A stretch of 9,525 nucleotides of DNA. Origin: Selaginella moellendorffii. Lineage: Eukaryota; Plantae; Lycopodiophyta. The notes under the pieces are model-generated. The model saw only the letters and a program-made list of their open reading frames with translations. It was not told where the DNA came from and made no database searches. Every line of letters begins with the position of its first letter. Positions within the stretch are counted from its first letter, which is position 1. A program made the translations under genes and the position numbers. The stretch lies in contig NW_003314603.1 in NCBI RefSeq assembly GCF_000143415.4, positions 1-9,525 of the forward strand, written 5' to 3'. Below, piece by piece: positions 8,118 to 9,525 of the stretch.

Positions 8118-8289
8118 CCAAATTCTAGATCGAAATTCTTTGATGTCGGCCTTGGCTTTTCCCTTGAGCTTGTCGATTGTTTTCTTGAGTTTCCGAAGTT
8201 TTGACTTGGTGCTTTCTCCGAGTTCATCTCGGAGTTGTCGTTGGAACTACTATCAGAATCTGAGTTATCTGTGTCATCTACTTGTGCTG

Positions 8290-9525
8290 TCATTCGTCGA
8301 GCTTGAACATCTTGATGGGCTCTTGTGAGTTCGAGATAAGTGGCAACGTTGATGTGCGTTGCCGCTTCTTAGAGGGATCGTTGGAGTCCTTGCATGTACC
8401 ATTGGTAAAGTAATGTTTCGGTGGCACTGTTGCCGCATTTGCTGGCATGTTGAGTGAAGGTTTGAGTGTAGTTGTCGATGGATTGACCAGACTTCTACTT
8501 GAGTTTTTGGATCTTGTGAAGTCGTTGGCTTTGAGTGAGGGAAGACTTGAATCGGTCTACGAGCTTGAGTGCGAGGTCGTCAAAACTTGTATTTTGAGGA
8601 AGCGTTTGAGCCCATTTGCTGGCTCTCTTTCGAAAGGGTACATCAGAAATAGTATGGAAGTTCAGTCGTCTGGCTGTTGATTCGGATTGCTTCTCAGAAC
8701 TGTTCAACATGTTTCTTGGCATCTTCTGACTTCAGACCATGAAATAGTGGATAGGAGACGTGTCTTCCGACAGGTATGTTGGGGACGGCGGTAGTGACTG
8801 CCATGTGCTGTTGGTAGTAATGTTGGTATTGTTGAGGTTGTTTTGTTAGGTTGTCACCATGGAGTCCTAAGGTGATTTGTAGCAAGGGGTTGTCGGGGTC
8901 AATAGCAAAGTTGGTGTAAGAAGAAGGTGGTGAATTGTTGTTGTTATTTAGTGGACTCTTTTCTGTTTTTTCTTCTATGTTGGGACTATTTTTGGGTGTG
9001 TCATCGACGTCGTCGTCGGTGTCGAGTTGCTTGCCGGTGTTGATTTTTGGAAGATGGTGCTCAAACTTGTTGTTGACATATTTGTCAGAGTTATGTTGTC
9101 TTGGTTGTGGTTGTTCTTCTAAATTGTCAAAGAGTTCTTCGAATGTATAGTTGTGTGGTGATTGTGGTTTCTGTGGAAGATTGTTGTCGTCGTCGACGAT
9201 TGGTTTGTCGATCTCGTTGTTGTTGGATGATTGGAGCTGTTCAGCAGTTTGGTGTGAGTTGTTGACGTCGAGTGCTTGACTATTGGACAATTCAGGTTGT
9301 TCATCTTTACTGCTGTTGACTGAGTATATCGGAGTGCGACTATAATTGGTGAAGTCGAGTTGTTGTCTCGTCAGCGCATTGAAGTTGAAAGCGTGTTCGA
9401 AAGGTCTTGCTGATAGTGGGCTTCGGTAGATGTTGGAAGCAAATGTGGGATATATTGGTGTTGTGAATATCGGTCAGTATGGCGAAAATGGTGCTGGTCT
9501 GGTGAAGTCTGTGAAGCTGGGCGGG
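8290..9525 (-). pseudogene. gag: gag: N-terminal low-complexity extension plus retrotransposon capsid domain (disrupted)
   Basis: YPLFHGLKSEDAKKHVEQF*EAIRIN...RASKWAQTL...SFDDLALKLVDRF...IQKLK*KSGQSIDNYTQTF...LYQWYMQGL matches retrotransposon Gag including the Q-x-x-G-x-S-I-x-x-Y region. Frame runs to the window edge with one TGA at 9474-9476; frameshift near 8630. Confidence 0.85.

Larger units (their letters stand above)
1912..9525 (-). mobile_element. Degenerate Ty3/gypsy LTR retrotransposon, non-chromoviral (Athila/Tat-like), with 3' extra ORF; 5' end outside window
   Basis: Minus-strand domain order Gag-PR-RT-INT; RT motifs FAWSYRDLKGI, YSFLDGFSGYNQI, RRMPFGLCN, VFMDDFSVF; integrase KWGLDFVGP, DYTTKWAEAIP, WQGPFKI; PPT at 2076-2086; no chromodomain seen. 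Left boundary depends on the LTR call. Confidence 0.95.

Noticed and set aside
2630-9150. Many + strand ORFs rich in V/L/C/G/S (e.g. 2630-2959, 3328-3672, 5439-5987, 7547-7933, 7560-8000)
   Set aside because: Antisense shadows of the A/C-rich retroelement coding strand; the hydrophobic runs come from GTT/TTG repeats and no motifs are recognisable.
1-9525. CRISPR array, tRNA/rRNA genes, prokaryotic RT systems
   Set aside because: No repeat-spacer array or structural RNA signature; the RT sits in a eukaryotic Ty3 Gag-PR-RT-INT context.

Overview
Land-plant nuclear DNA; the style of the PPR remnants suggests an early-diverging lineage such as Selaginella (inference only). About 80% of the window (~1912-9525, minus strand) is one decayed non-chromoviral (Athila/Tat-like) Ty3/gypsy LTR retrotransposon whose 5' end lies beyond the window. 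Reading through stops and frameshifts gives this order: long disordered N-terminal extension, Gag capsid, two CCHC knuckles, a Q/N/Y/G prion-like tract, aspartic protease, RT (FMDD), RNase H deleted, integrase (HHCC, first Asp, core deleted, GPF tail), a ~1.95 kb sense extra ORF (plant-transposon/Athila env-like domain plus coiled coil), a palindrome cluster, PPT and a candidate short 3' LTR. The element is dead: several internal deletions and many CGA>TGA-type stops. The left ~1.9 kb holds a diverged inverted duplication whose arms each carry an F-box fragment and a PLS-class PPR fragment head-to-head; the retroelement appears to abut or interrupt the right arm. No intact gene is present, and most + strand ORFs in the track are antisense shadows of the A/C-rich retroelement strand.
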